From contig CM075988.1 of NCBI GenBank assembly GCA_038087875.1, positions 10,666,001-10,730,000 on the forward strand: a stretch of 64,000 nucleotides of DNA, in the 5' to 3' direction. Under the pieces are notes generated by a model. The model saw only the letters and a list, made by a program, of their open reading frames with translations, was not told the origin of the DNA and did no database searches. The DNA comes from Malacoraja senta (taxonomy: Eukaryota). Shown here one piece after another: positions 37,789-50,264 of the stretch. The position numbers and the translations under genes were made by a program. Every line of letters starts with the position of its first letter. Position 1 is the first letter of the stretch.

Positions 37789-40700
37789 TTTAGAACAAGA
37801 AATAAGACAGTTAGAGTTAGACAATGCTAAAGATCCCACTATAGATAAACATAATAAGATAATACTACTGAAATTTAAACTTAACCAAATTCTCTCGGCA
37901 AGAATAATAAGATTATTCCAAATTACAAAACAGGAACATTTTGAGTTTGGGGACAAACCACATAAGCTGTTAGCGCGTCAACTGAAAAAACAGGAAAAGG
38001 AAAATACTATAAATAAAATTAAATCCGAAAATGGTGAATTACTAACACTACCTAAAGATATGAATAAAAGATTTGTTCAATTTTATCAAAATTTATACAC
38101 ATCAAAAACCAAAACAGAAGATAGTAAAATTAAAAATTTTTTAGATAACTGTAATCTACCAAAACTTGACCTTTTGGAACAAGAAGAACTAGGAGCGCAA
38201 ATTACAATCGAAGAAATAGGTGAAACAATAAAATCGTTGAAAAATGGTAAGACACCGGGACCAGATGGTTTTAGAAATGAATTTTATTAAAATAATTCAT
38301 GAGATAACGACCCCCCTATCTATTTAATTTATATACTTACGTTTTTAAAGAAAATAAATTACCTGAAACATTAGCAGAATCAACTATTACGCTTATTCCA
38401 AAGAAAGATAAAGATCTAGAGGAACCGGGCTCATATAGAGCTATATCACTTTTAAATACAGATCAGAAAATCCTAGCAAAGACTTTAGCCAGAAGACTAA
38501 GCAAATATATTAGTAAATTGATAAACCCTGATCAAACGGGGTTTATACCCAAAAGATATTCATTTAATAATTTGAGATGCCTGTTTAATATAATGTACTC
38601 ACATAAAGTGGAGGAAGAAGACTTATCAATTATTTCTTTGGACATAGAGAAAGCATTTGATCAGGTAGAATGGCAGTATTTATACAAAGTATTACAAAAA
38701 TTTAATATGGGAGAGAACTTTATTGCATAGGGGAAATTATTATATGATAAACCGATGGCAAGAATATTAACTAACAGCATGTTATCTCAAAAATTTCAAT
38801 TATCAAGGGGTAATAGGCAGGGATGTGCTTTATCACCCCTGCTATTTGCCCTTATGATAGAACCTCTGGCTGAAAGTATAAGAAGCCATCCGAATATTCA
38901 GGGTTATAATACTAGGGACTCAAATAATAAAATTTCATTGTATGCAGACGATATTCTGTTATATATAACAAATTCACAAACGAGCATACCAAATTTATTA
39001 AATTTAATAGAGGAATTTGGGTCCTTTTCTGGATAGAGAAATAAATTGGAACAAAAATGAAATTATGACGTTAAAACCTCAAGAATCTACACACTTATTG
39101 AAATTCCCCTTTAAAATAGCAACAGAAAAATTAAATATCTGGGTATTCAGATTACTAGAAAACATAAAGCTTTATTCAACGCCAATTTTATACCCTTAAT
39201 AAATAAACTTAATATAATGATTAAATTTTGGAAAACACTTCCTTTATCATTAATAGGCAGAATAAATGCTATTAAAATGAGCTTTCCACCACAGTTATTA
39301 TACCTATTTCAATCTATACCAGTATATGTACCAAAATATTTTTTTTCTAAACTGAATGCTAACATTACTAATTTTGTTTGGGGCTATAAATCACATAGAA
39401 TTAAAAAAGAACATTTATGTAAACCAAAAGATGTCAGGGGACTTTCACTCCCAAATTTTTTATATTACTATTGGGCAATACATATTAAGAATCTAATTTA
39501 CTGGTTGCATAGTTCAACCCAACAGACAGAATGGATAAAAATGGAGAAAGAGGATTGTTATCCTTGTAATATAGGAACAAGCCTCTTCTCCCCGAAAAAA
39601 ATGAACAATACAATATATAAGAAAAACCCAATTATACAAGATACAATAAGAATATGGAAATAAATAAAATTATCCTTAAAACTAAGAAATCTATCATTGT
39701 TAACACCGATAGCGAATAATCCTTTATTTAAACCATCTATGATGGATAAAATATATAATCAATGGGAAAGTTTAGGAATTAAAAGGATCGGGGATATGTA
39801 TGAAATGGGAGATTTACTATCATTTCAACAATTACAATTAAAATATAAATTGAAAAACACTCATTATTTTAAATAATTTCAGATTTGCAATTTCTTCAAG
39901 ACATACATACAGGGATATCAAAAAATAACTCCTGATTTACTAGAAGAAGTAATGAATATTAAAGCTGATACACAAAAATTAATATCATATTTATATAATA
40001 GTATCTTAAATATAGATTTACCTGCGACCGAGGTAATTAGAGAAGAGTGGGAACGGGAATTATTGATAAAAATTACGAAGGCTACATGGGAAAAGTATTT
40101 GACATATATTCACAAATGTTCGATTAACGCAAGACATAATCTAATTCAATTTAAAATTTTACATAGATTATATTACTCAAAAACAAGATTAAATAAATTG
40201 TATCCAAATATATCCCCCATTTGTGATAAATGTTTAACCCAAGACGCAACTATAACACACTCTTTTGTTTCTTGTATAAAACTTCATGGATTTTGGAGTG
40301 ATATTTTCGAAATATACACAAAATTATTTAAGACAAAAATGGAACACAATAATGAATTGATTATATTTGGGGTTATGGAAGATGGGAACAAATTGAACCC
40401 ATCTCAAAAATTATTTTTTAATTATGGTTTAATAATAGCTAAAAAATTATATTGAAATTTTGGAAAAATACACCAATACCAACGCTCAAAATGTGGATTG
40501 CAAGTATGTTGGATACCGCACATTTTGAGGAAATGCGATTCCTCCTAATAGATAAATTTGACCAATTCATAACGAGTTGGTCTCCATTTGTCGTCTTTTT
40601 GGAAACATATGGTGCAACACAAGTGTAAAAGCTAATCCGTGACTGGGTGAGGAATGATCAAGTTTATAAATACGATCTCCTTCCTTCTCTTTTCTTTTTC

Positions 40701-41005
40701 TTCTCTTTTCTTCTTTTACTCTTTTTCTTCTATTTTCCATTTCTTAACTTTCTTCTTTCACTCTCTATTTTTCTTTTTCACACACTATATATCTCACATT
40801 TTTCAATTCTTCATTATCTAACTTCTTTTTCTTTTTCTTCTTTATTACAAAATTAAAAAAATAAGAAGCTGTACATAAAATGTATTATGAAAATATGATT
40901 GTATACAATTGTACTTACTTCTAATTAAAAAAAAAAAAATACATTTAAAATTTTTTTTTTTAAATAAAATAAAAAAAAATAAAAAAATAAAAATAAAAAA
41001 AAAAT
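37789..41005 (+). mobile_element. L1-clade LINE, 5'-truncated, with a disrupted ORF2 (RT and C-terminal CCHC-like region), pyrimidine-rich 3' UTR and A-rich tail
   Basis: ORF pieces carry KTPGPDGF, DQTGFI, LDIEKAFD, QGCALSPLLF, YADD and CDKC...HSFVSC, broken by stops and frameshifts. A-rich tail at 40927-41005. Directly follows a CR1 fragment (about 37570-37788). Confidence 0.92.
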
Positions 41006-41517
41006 TCAATTGGTATGAAGGGAAGAAATATTGTCAACTGTCCAGTCTGAAATTTGTTTCTCTTGGAAACGTGGTATGGTACTGAAAAAAATCTGCTGTC
41101 CACCATATCCATGGTAACCATTGCACCCAACTATAACAACCCCTTTTACCTGCATTAGATCCATAGCCTTTGCTCTGGTGATTCAAATTCCTGTGCACAT
41201 CAGCAGATTATCGATTATTTGCCTTTTGTGGAGACCTAGCAAGACATAAATGGCCGATGGCCATTTATATGGCCACCGATGACTCAAAAGATGGTCCACA
41301 AGCAATATCTCCAGGCAACTAAGATGGGAAAAGTCCATATCCCACAAATAAATTACAAAATATGTTTGACCATTGTAAATATAAGTTGCTCAGATGGGAA
41401 ATTGGGCCAGTCTAACTCATTCATATTCAACTATTATGGATGTCCTCCAATGATTATTTGCATCCAGGCATTAACGACACATTTTCAATGAATTTAACTA
41501 AAATACATAAATAAATA

Positions 41518-41831
41518 AGTTTAGTTTAGAGATACAGTGTGGAAACAGGCCTTTCGGTCCACTGATTCCATGCTGACCATCAATCAACCTAGCTTTGTGT
41601 TATTCCACTTTCTGATCCACTCCCTACACACTATGGGCAATTTGGAGTGGCCAATTAATCTACACACCCACACGTTTTTGGGATGTGGGAGGAAACTGGA
41701 GCATCCGGTGGCAACACACGCAGTGACAGAGAACATTCAAACTCCACACTGACAGCAACCAAGATCAGGATCAAACCAGGGTCTTTGGCTCTGTGAGATT
41801 GTGGGTTTACCAGCTGTGCCACTGTACTGCC
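41518..41831 (-). mobile_element. HE1-type V-SINE, older copy
   Basis: Tail, V-domain and head. Confidence 0.75.
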
Positions 41832-42816
41832 CTGAGTTTAATTTCAATTTCATTGACAATCTTTTGAAAATTGTTTGCATGCAGCAAGACCAGACGACAT
41901 TCAGGCATGGAGTTAGATGTGGCAGAACATATACACACCCTGGAAATATCAAACAATGACTATATCCAGCAAGACAGAGACTAGTTCAATGGCATGGCCA
42001 TCGGCAACAATCCAATGTCATCACCTTGGGGTAAAATATTACCATTCAACTGGGCATGCCACATAAATAATTCAACTTAAATGGTAGGTCAATGATTGAT
42101 CATCCTGAGGTGAATGATGCATCTCTGACAGCACAAAAGACATTCCAATATTCTATTTCACGAGTATTATGGAATATTGTCCACCAATATGGATGATCAT
42201 GCTTCAAAAACACTTCAAAAAACCTGTAACACAATGTACAATGCTTATTCCTGAACCACGTTATAGAAGTTGTATACACAACATCATATAGGGCAAAACA
42301 GCCCTTTTGATAGTACCCCATCCAGAACCTTCAACGTTAATTCACTCTGAGGCCAGAGTGTGTACCATTTACAAAATGCACTGCAGTACACAAACTAGAC
42401 TGCTTAGACATCATCCACCCAAACTGGTAACCTCTTATCACAGGGACAAAGATCACACCACCTGCAGATTCTCCTCCAAGTTATGCATCATGCGGATAGA
42501 AACATATTGCTTCTTCATTGCTATTTCTCCCCGAGCACCTTACCTAACGCAGTGTGAGATTTGCATCATTATAAGGACTAAAGCAGTTCAAAACAAAAGG
42601 TCACCACAATTTTTTCAAGGGCGATTAGAGTAATAGATACTGAGCATTGACAAAGGCATACATAAAATAAAGTAATAAAATTAATAAAATATTGAGCGGA
42701 GCTCTCTGAAATTTGAACTATCAATCTATATCCATATTGCAATGTGTAGGATGGCATGTATAGAAAGGAACTGTAGATGCTGGTTTATACCATAGATGGA
42801 CACAAAGTGCTGTAGT

Positions 42817-43852
42817 CAGGGCCATTTTAGCAGCAATATAGGCCCCCGGGCAAAGCAGTGCACTGGGGCCCCGACCTACACAACCACTCACAGGAATAAA
42901 AATTTAAATGGTCGATAAAATTAAAGCCTGTTCAAACGCTGCTGTCCCATTGTGCTGCTAAGCTGATTTTTTAATAAGTTTCAGTCTTGAAAATGAACGT
43001 TCTCCTGCACAGTTGGTCACCATGAGCACATGAACACCCTGAGTGCAATCTCAACATTGGGAAACACAGATTTCAAGTTGTCCGAAATTATTTTGATCCT
43101 CTTCTTCTGAACCGTCATATCTAGTCGTATCTTACACTCTTCGCTTTCGTTCCCGTTTTTTCACATCGCTATAATCTGAATCTGGACACCTACTCCTGGC
43201 TTTCAATTCGTATTCACTAAATTTGCCTCTAATTTCCTGTAGGTAGGTTTTCAGAGACGCAAGAAGATTCATGGCAACAAGTATGTTCACATCCTCTGAC
43301 TGCAGGACCTTACTTATTCTGTTCACTCTTTCAAGAATGTCATCTAAAGAATTGTGAGAAAGATCGTTTCCAGGTTCTCCATTTTCTCGCTCAATCCTCC
43401 TGCCTCTCGCCTTGTGTTCACTTCATGTTCAGTATCAGCTGATGCAGAATCCAGTGCATGTTTAATTTTCTTAAAACCCCCATACAGAGCATGAACAGCA
43501 TCAAAATGTGACGACAATCTCGTGTCAGACAGATGCTTGACCACAAAATATTTTCCTAAAGATGATGCCAGAACATTCCATCGATGTGTAGAAGCAGAGA
43601 AAAAGGAATAGACACTGAAAAAAGTCAAAGAATTTTACAGTCTGTAGACAACACTCTGCCGCCCACCAAATTCAGGCTGTGTCCAGCACAGGGGACATAG
43701 ATGGCGAACTCATTCAGTTGATGAATCCGTGCTTGCAATCCAGTATTTATTTATTGACGGCAAGTCACAACATAGACAGATTAGCATAGGGCCCCTATGC
43801 TCGTGGGGCCCCGGGCAACTGCCCAGCTTGCACATGCGTTAAGACGGCCCTG
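42817..43852 (-). mobile_element. hAT DNA transposon, internally deleted, with transposase remnants
   Basis: CAGGGCC...GGCCCTG termini with degenerate 8-bp TSD gctgtagt/actggagt inside a Penelope repeat. The minus strand encodes AIYVPCAGHSLNLVG (CxxH motif), SDTRLSS, FPNVEIALR and NCAGERSFSRLKLIK (dimerisation domain). Confidence 0.9.
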
Positions 43853-43936
43853 ACTGGAGTACCTCAACGGGTCAGGCAGCTTCTCTGGAGAAAAAGGATG
43901 TGCGATTTTTCAGGTTGGGAGCCTTCCTCAGACTTG

Positions 43937-44370
43937 ATAGATACATAGATACATAGAAAATAGGTGCAGGAGTAGGCCATTCGGCCCTTCGAGCCTGCAC
44001 CGCCATTCAATATGATCATGGCTGATCATCCAACTCAGTATCCCGTACCTGCCTTCTCTCCATACCCCCTGATCCCTTTAGCCACAAGGGCCACATCTAA
44101 CTCCCTCTTAAATATAGCCAATGAACTGGCCTCAACTACCCTCTGTGGCAGAGAGTTCCAGAGATTCACCACTCTCTGTGTGAAAAGGTTTTTCCTCATC
44201 TCGGTCTTAAAGGATTTCCCCCTTATCCTTAAGCTGTGACCCCTTGTCCTGGACTTCCCCAACATCGGGAACAATCTTCCTGCATCTAGCCTGTCCAACC
44301 CCATAAGAATTTTGTACGTTTCTATAAGATCCCCTCCCAATCTCCTAAATTCTAGCGAGTATAAGCGAGT
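43937..44370 (-). mobile_element. Young CR1 3' fragment
   Basis: ORF 44035-44400 matches the CR1 C-terminus; (atagatac)n tail. Confidence 0.92.
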
Positions 44371-44778
44371 ATAGATCTTGTTTTGACCAGTTTCCCCCAT
44401 TTTTTAACCTCTCAGGCATACTGACCTGCTGTGATTCTACTTGTTAGGTTTGAGAATTGTGCTGCATAGCTTACCAGGGAGACAGATTCTGGCTGTGAGT
44501 GCAGAAACAAGGAACTGCAGATGCTTGTTTACAGAAAAGGACACAAAATGCTGAAGTAACACAGCAGGTCAGGCAGCATCTCTGAAGAACATGAATAGGT
44601 GATGTTTCAGGTCGAGTCCCTTCCCCAGACTGGAGATTCTGCTTGATCTGCATCTTCATACTCATATCTGTGAGTGTCGACTGAGAGTTAGGTGTTGGAG
44701 TATGAGGTCAAACCTCTACACTGCAAGGACATCCTTTGACATCCCAGTGTTCTGAAAGGCATCTTCCCCTGTTTTGTT

Positions 44779-45372
44779 CTGCAGTTGTATAGGGCTCTGG
44801 TGAGACCACATCTGGAGTATTGTGTACAGTTTTGGACTCCTAATTTGAGGAAGGACATCCTTGTGATTGAGGCAGTGCAGCGTAGGTTCACGAGATTGAT
44901 CCCTGGGATGGCGGGACTGTCATATGACGAAAGATTGAAAAGACTAGGCTTGTATTCACTGGAGTTTAGAAGGATGAGGGGGATCTTATAGAAACATATA
45001 AAATTATAAAAGGACTGGACAAACTAGATGCAGGAAAAATGTTCCCAATGTTGGGCGAGTCCAGAACCAGGGGCCACAGTCTTAGAATAAAGGGGTAGCC
45101 ATTTAAGACTGAGGTGAGAAAAAACTTTTTCACCCAGAGAGTTTTGAATTTGTGGAATTCCCTGCCACAGAGGGCAGTGGAGGCCAAGTCACTGGATGGA
45201 TTTAAGAGAGAGTTAGATAGAGCTCTAGGGGCTAGTGGAGTCAAGGGATATGGGGAGAAGGCAGGCACGGTTATTGATAGGGGACGATCAGCCATGATCA
45301 CAATGAATGGCGGTGCTGGCTCGAAGGGCCGAATGGCCTCCTCCTGCACCTATTTTCTATGTTTCTATGTTT
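44779..45372 (+). mobile_element. CR1 3' fragment of another subfamily
   Basis: [13 protein letters not shown]...GYGEKAGT followed by a (ttctatgt)n tail. Confidence 0.9.
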
Positions 45373-46751
45373 CTGTTTGTCTTTCTGAAATATTTTAAGA
45401 GTTTAAATGTATTAAGCTAAGACATCACAATTTGTTTAGCTAAAGTCACATCACACAACCTTCACTTAATGAAAATATTGGGTGAAATAAAAATAAATAT
45501 CCAAACTTACCTTTTAACAAAAGGTGGCAAATGTAGCCAAGACAGTGGTTGGCTTGAATAGAAATTGCCAAACGTCATTAAGGGTAATGTTATGCCAGTC
45601 AAGGTGAGCATTATCCTTAGAGGGTCATGTGCAAGTTAATAGAATTAAAAATATTTCAGTTGGAGTAGAGCTGTGTGAAATTTGAATTATTATTCTATAT
45701 ACACATTGCAATGTGTCAGATGGAGTTTGACTTGATCTATTTCCCACATTTGCTTCCCCTGCACTAATCTCCCAGCCACATTGACCAGCTGTGACATCAT
45801 TTGATAGGTTGGGTTAGAGGTCACTTTTGCACAACTTATCAGGTCTATCAGCTTAGTACACTCTGGACCAATGCTGAACAGTGCTTAATCCATTAGATGA
45901 ATTGGAGATCAGGTGTGTTGGCATCTTATCTCCAATATTATGTACATCTGTACTGCACTGAGCAGATGTGGAAGTTAATAGAAAAGCTATCATTGGGGAG
46001 TGAAGCATGATCTGGCTTGATGCCACTCTCTTCCACTCTCCATTTATAAAACTGCTCTTTCCTGTAATTGCCTGAGAACTATTATTCAATGGCTTGGATG
46101 CCTCACGGCATCATCAAATAATCTATCGCAATTGTCCTCTCGCTGTTGAACTGCATGAAATACTTCATTTGGATGAACATGTTAATATCTATGTTTAATT
46201 ATGGATGCTCAATTAGAGATGTCCATCTGCAGGGCAAATAGGTAGACTATCTTCTGAATAAATCTGAATAATATGTTCTGTTATTAAATTAATGACAATA
46301 AACAGATTTCTCATTCTAATCCGTCTGATAACTAGGTTTTTTATTTCCATTGCACCATTGCACCTTCCAATTAGATTTAACAAATCTATATTTGTTGAGA
46401 TTTTTTTCTTATCAAATCTGAATATCTTGGTGCTCAAGATTCCACTGGAAATCCAACAAGATGATGGGGGGTGTTGCACACAGTCAATTGTGACCATGCA
46501 ATTATATGTTATGGTTCTTTCCACTGCAGTCCAAGATGATGAATATTCCCATGCAAACATTGTGTAGGTCAACCTCAAGTTCATATCCTCAAACATATCA
46601 AGTGTGTTTTACTGTCAAATGTCCCAAATAAAACAATGAAATTCGTACTTGCTGCAGCACAACAGAATATGTAAACATAGCACACCGTAAAGAATATGAT
46701 AAACGAGAGAAAAAAAAGTTCAGTGTGTGTATATATACACATACTCACAAG

Positions 46752-47297
<546 letters not shown>

Positions 47298-49974
47298 GCG
47301 GTTATATCTGAGACCACCTTTGCCACACAAATCATACGTCAGTTTGCGCGGTGCATGGGTTAAAATGGTGCTCACATCCCTTCAGTCTCTCGTAAGCATT
47401 TTGCACTGGTTGAGGCAATGGTTGAATAGCTGCCAGCTCTTATTTCTAAGGGACTCTCTTGTTATAAAAGTCTTTACTGCTGAGAAACAAACTGAATTGA
47501 AATTGTTTTGGTGCCAGTTACTGTGGAAACTTCTCAGTCAGTCTAAATTACAGTTGATTACTCATCTGTAACAAATTCATTAGTGCCAACAGAGTCTGAA
47601 ATCAAGACAGCAATCATCTTCTATTTAGACTTAAAGGATTAATAGATCTAAATTACACTTTTCGTGGGTATAATTCTTTTTTAGATTTTTATTGTTCTGA
47701 CGCTCTTATTATGCAAATGTGCTGATATATATATATCTTTTAATCTCACTGAAGAAATATTGGCTGGAAACTTGTCCCTGTTGTTCATGCTAAATACACC
47801 GTGGAGTATTATCAGTATCAGAAACAGAATGGAATGATCCACCACTCACTATGTGACACATAATAACAAGGACTTTTCAGTTTCATTTTCATTTTCATTC
47901 AATTTCATCCATTCCTTAGAAGACTAAGGAAATTCAACATGTCTCCAATGACTCTTATGAACTTCTACAGTTGCACCGTAGAAAGTATTCCTAATCCTAT
48001 GCACCACTACTTGGGTTGACAATTTGCTCTGGCCATATGGCAAGAAATTGTGGAGTTATGGATGCAATTCAGTCCAATCGAACACCAACAACACACCAGG
48101 AAAGCAGCCAACACAAACAACGACCACTCTCACCCCAGTTATTTCCTCTTCTCCCCTCTTCTGTTGGGCAAAAGCTTGAAAGCATGTCCCACTAGATTCA
48201 GGAATAGTTTATTCTCCACTGTTATTTGACTAATTAATAGACCTATCCTAAGCTGTGTTTAAGAAGGAACTGCAGACGCTGGAAAAATCGAAGGTAGATA
48301 AAAATGCTGGAGAAACTCAGCAGGTGAGGCAGCATCTATGGAGCGAAGGAAAAGGTGACGTATCGGGTCATCACCTTTTCCTTCGCTCCATAGATGCTGT
48401 CTCACCCGCTGAGTTTCTCCAGCATTTTTATCTATCAAGCTGTGTGTATATTTCCCTACCTACCTCATCATGGTACTTGCACATTTGATTATTATCCACA
48501 CTTTTAGATGTAACTCAATATTTTGCTCCATCTGTTGTACTTGCGTGTGGCTTGATTATACATCTGCATGGTACGATTTGACTGGATAGCAAACAAAAAC
48601 GTTTTTCCACTGTGTCAATAATTAACCAATAACATAGCAATACCAATAATTGTATTGGATGGCAAGACCATATAAGCCCTCTAGTACTGTGATCCAATCA
48701 ACCATGATTTCTTTCATTAATCTGAAGCGAAAGACTTGTTTTATTTAAGAAACATAAACAAAGAGAGGGTATGACAGAGGGGGGTGCCAATTCTAAAAGG
48801 AGACAGGTATGTATTCAAGAAGGTGGCTAAAGAGGAGAAATGTGTTATTAATGGCTCAAACGGTGCCAAAAGTAAATTTCATCTGAGCCTCTTCCTGCAT
48901 CTACTTCACTCATACATTCCCTCCTTAGCACTAATTTTTTAAGTTCATCATATTCCTGCCAAATCATAATATTACACTTAACAAAATCACTGTGTTCCCT
49001 TGTTCGAAGTTATTCCCTCTGTACTTTTAAATCTTTAACTATTAATCATTCAATCTGACACCCAAATTACTCTTCATGTTGCCAAACATTAATTAACATT
49101 CCCTCCAAAGCTCCAAGACTTCTCACTCCGATCACGACTCTCACAGCACATGCTAGGATTTCTTTCTCTACTTCCATCTGTAGAGGTCATTTGCAGTTCA
49201 CATCTTTCAATATTCTGGTGAATCCTACCTAAGGTGACAACAATGCTCTTCCAAAGCCTAAAACTCATGACATCTGTTGGTATTACCTTACAAATCACCA
49301 ATGGGAATCTGGAACGCTTGTTCTGTCAGTCATCAGATAGTTAAATTAGGCTTATCCTTTTCTCTTCATGTCAAAGTTACAGTCTATTTCTCAGCATCAA
49401 TCATTTTTATCAATTAGATTTATCACAAACAGATAACTTGCAAATAATGCCATGTGCACTTTGGAATTGTTATTGGCTTTGCTAATAGATTTTCAATCTA
49501 TTATAATCAAATAACCTTCAACAAAATCACAGAATGAAAATCACAACATTGCTTCTAAGGTACATATTTGGAAAGTTTTCAGATTAGAATGATCGGTGTA
49601 AATCTAGTAAACTAAGAATTAAATAAAGCAATTGATTGACTGCCTTTGGGTGAATGGAGGAACACTTAAAATATGAAAAATTCACAAACACTTTTTTTCT
49701 TGGATCTTATGGTTTTGCCTTAAATTAGACCTCCTGTGAATGGATAAAATGGGAAATAATTGCATTAATTTGAATGCTGTTCAACAAGACTGAGTATCTA
49801 TGTTGTGACTAAACCAGTTGAATGAAAAGTGCCTTTGGAAATTACAATACGTTGAATGTGAAAACGTTGAGTACTATCTAATATGAATGAGTGTGAAGCA
49901 AAGATACCCTATTATTTCTTCTTATATTTTCTTTCTCTTCCTCCATTCCAGAAGCCCTAATATTTGGTGAGTGA

Positions 49975-50212
49975 AGGGCCTGTCCCAATTTCACGACTTA
50001 ATTCACGATCTTTTTTACTCGTGGACATTTTTCATCAGGCTAGAAAAACGCCCCGACCAACTTGATTTCACGAGTACCTACGATGAGCATCATGACCTAC
50101 CTACGACCTACCTACGACCTCCTATGACCTCGTGACGACCATGCTGCGAGTATGAGTCAAGGGCAAACTCGGCAGAGGTCGTGAATTAGGTCGTGAAAGT
50201 GGGACAGGCCTT
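49975..50212. mobile_element. PIF/Harbinger-type MITE
   Basis: TIRs agggcctgtcccaatttcacgacttaattcacga / tcgtgaattaggtcgtgaaagtgggacaggcctt, flanked by TGA and TAA. Confidence 0.85.
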
Positions 50213-50264
50213 TAATGCTTCCAAACAGTCAAGAGTCATTAATTATCACATGTAGTTTTAGTTT

